From the NCBI GenBank assembly GCA_044359815.1, contig JBIKLL010000015.1, forward strand, positions 1-48,905: 48,905 nt of DNA. The letters are read 5' to 3'. This document shows, piece by piece, positions 47,182 through 48,905 of this stretch. The notes under the pieces were generated by a model. That model made no database searches. It worked only from the letters and a program-made list of their open reading frames with translations, and was not told the origin of the DNA. Position 1 is the first letter of the stretch; each line of letters starts with the position of its first letter. The translations under genes and the position numbers were made by a program. This DNA comes from Pseudobdellovibrionaceae bacterium. Lineage in GTDB: Bacteria; Bdellovibrionota; Bdellovibrionia; Bdellovibrionales; Bdellovibrionaceae.

Positions 47182-48597
47182 ATGAGGGGAAATATGAACA
47201 AGTTTTTTTTAGCCACAGGCTTTTTACTGCTTTTTATTTTGCAGTTTAATATCGCCGCTGCAAATTCATCAAAAATAAAATGTGAAAGTATCTTTCAGCC
47301 GATTTCTGCCCCGCACGGGTACCAACAGCAATCAGTAAGACATTCAGATTTGCAAAACACCCTGAAGGTCTGGAGACTGCAATCCACATTGGAGTTTCTC
47401 AGAAAAATCAACGGGACGCTTTTTCAAAGTTCTGATCTGCAAGTTTTTGGCAGATTTCTCCAGCTGAAACAGCACATAAAAAATGGTGGCAGGGAAAAAA
47501 AGGCCGTCGTCGACATGTACAGAAATTTATTTTCACAGGTTGAGTCTAATTATTTTCTACTAAACAAATATTATGACCTGCGCGAAAAAGTCTTGAGCGA
47601 AAAGCCTCTAACCGCCGCTGAATCCGAAAGCTATCAAGCTCTCAGAAAACAACATTACAAATTGGCCAGAATGTTTGGATCACAGTATAGCGAATATCTG
47701 GTTGTCAGAACTTTCTTGGAAGGCTTAGCCAACAAAGTCGACCAATTGGACACATCCGGCGTGACCAACGAAACCGTTCAACCTGAAGCAAAATCTAAAG
47801 GTAATAGCTCACAGAATGTAGCAAGCCTGAACATCACCAAGGATGAGGCCTCCATACGAGCAAAGGAAATTTTGGAATCCTTGGGTGGTCACGACATGGG
47901 CAACAGATCCAAGGCCTACGGGATTAATCAAAAAACATCAGAACGTGTCAGTATCAACGACATCACCAGATTATTTAGACGCGAACTGCCTGATGATCCT
48001 GATATTTTATTATCAAAATTGTACCATGACTTACACCAAGAACGTGGCATGTTGCTAACAACAGCTTCGCAAGCGTTGAGCGCAGTGACCTTTGGCCCCG
48101 AAACTGTGAACACTTTCTTGGCCAAGGCTTATCTGAATCTTCCGAAAGAAATCAAAAATCATATTCTAATTCTTAGAAAATCCTCATTGGATATGTACCT
48201 CAGGTCAAAATACATCGAGCCCATCGAAAGAATTTCTGAACGCCAGGGGAAAATTCAGGACAAATTAGCTTTGTTAATCGAAGAAAACGCAAAAACTCCT
48301 AACGATGAATTGCTGTATGCTTTTGCCAGAACTTTGGTCAGAAACCCTGAATGGCTAGAGCTTGTGCAGTTTTCAAAACTGCAGCGCGAACAGTTTGGGA
48401 CAAATTCATTGCAGGGAAAATTTTATGAACGCATGGCCAAGGCCAGCAAATCAGCCATCGAAGACGGAGAGCTGACTTATTTTGCCAATGATAGCTTTGC
48501 TGTTTATGTTTCCACCAGCATCAGGCTTATCGGTTTTGCAGTGTTTGTTTATTTAGCTGACGACGATATCTTGCCACTGCAGGAAACCCAGAAATAG
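47182..48597 (+). CDS. Hypothetical exported helical protein with C-terminal hydrophobic segment
   Basis: 471-aa ORF with signal peptide followed by C..IF. The start is probably MNKFF at 47194. Confidence 0.78.
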   Translation: MRGNMNKFFLATGFLLLFILQFNIAAANSSKIKCESIFQPISAPHGYQQQSVRHSDLQNTLKVWRLQSTLEFLRKINGTLFQSSDLQVFGRFLQLKQHIKNGGREKKAVVDMYRNLFSQVESNYFLLNKYYDLREKVLSEKPLTAAESESYQALRKQHYKLARMFGSQYSEYLVVRTFLEGLANKVDQLDTSGVTNETVQPEAKSKGNSSQNVASLNITKDEASIRAKEILESLGGHDMGNRSKAYGINQKTSERVSINDITRLFRRELPDDPDILLSKLYHDLHQERGMLLTTASQALSAVTFGPETVNTFLAKAYLNLPKEIKNHILILRKSSLDMYLRSKYIEPIERISERQGKIQDKLALLIEENAKTPNDELLYAFARTLVRNPEWLELVQFSKLQREQFGTNSLQGKFYERMAKASKSAIEDGELTYFANDSFAVYVSTSIRLIGFAVFVYLADDDILPLQETQK

Positions 48598-48733
48598 GCT
48601 TCCCTTATCTGCGGTTAAATTGAATTTTAAAAAATATTTCTTTGTTTTACACCTTGAGAAAACATTTGCGAGCGCGACGTTTAATTTACCGCCGCATATC
48701 TCGTGATGCGTAAATACAAAGGTAATTTTTTTC

Positions 48734-48894
48734 ACTATTTTTAGACACTCGCTAACGGCCGCGGGCTCATCTCTCGTATTGAATCATTTAGACTAATCAC
48801 TTTTACGATTAATAAATTATCTTAAAACTGATTAGTCTAAATGACTCAACACCAGATATGCCCCGCACGCTCGCTGCATGTGTCTAAAAACAGT
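48734..48894. mobile_element. ~160-bp MITE-like fold-back element
   Basis: TIRs ACTATTTTTAGACAC / GTGTCTAAAAACAGT (1 mismatch) with a nested stem TTGAATCATTTAGACTAATCA / TGATTAGTCTAAATGACTCAA. Confidence 0.75.
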
Positions 48895-48905
48895 AAAAAC
48901 AAATT

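Noticed and set aside
48553..48735. 60-aa minus-strand ORF
   Set aside because: It starts inside the MITE-like TIR, overlaps the upstream gene end, and has no RBS or motif support.

Overview
The window is most likely from a Bdellovibrionota (predatory bacterium) chromosome. This is an inference from the many FQNC/FTNC-type lipoproteins and secreted Cys-rich proteins. The first ~12 kb is a tRNA-Met(CAT, initiator-type) integration hotspot. It begins with the end of a probable integrative element: a partial replication-relaxation-like CDS, a 32-bp perfect inverted repeat and att-arm-like repeats. Next comes a 3' tRNA-fMet fragment whose variable-loop region is replaced by a ~119-nt three-hairpin insert. 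This tRNA-fragment/hairpin unit recurs at 8485-8629 and again as two separated halves at 9890-9972 and 12030-12053, so it delimits blocks of cargo genes. One block is an integrase-less zinc-uptake islet bracketed by a 13-bp tRNA-end direct repeat (COG0523 GTPase, novel CHxH protein, lipoprotein, porin, ZnuA/C/B, Zur with two palindromic boxes). The rest of the window holds lineage-specific secreted and lipoproteins, including a paralog pair with different C-terminal domains, a transglutaminase-like giant protein and a collagen-like lipoprotein. It also holds a porin/PBP/histidine-kinase module, a YtkA/thioredoxin/beta-barrel cluster, core genes (glpX, pgsA, START protein, radical SAM), an IS3 remnant and several MITE-like hairpin elements. 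No CRISPR array, rRNA or intact tRNA was found.
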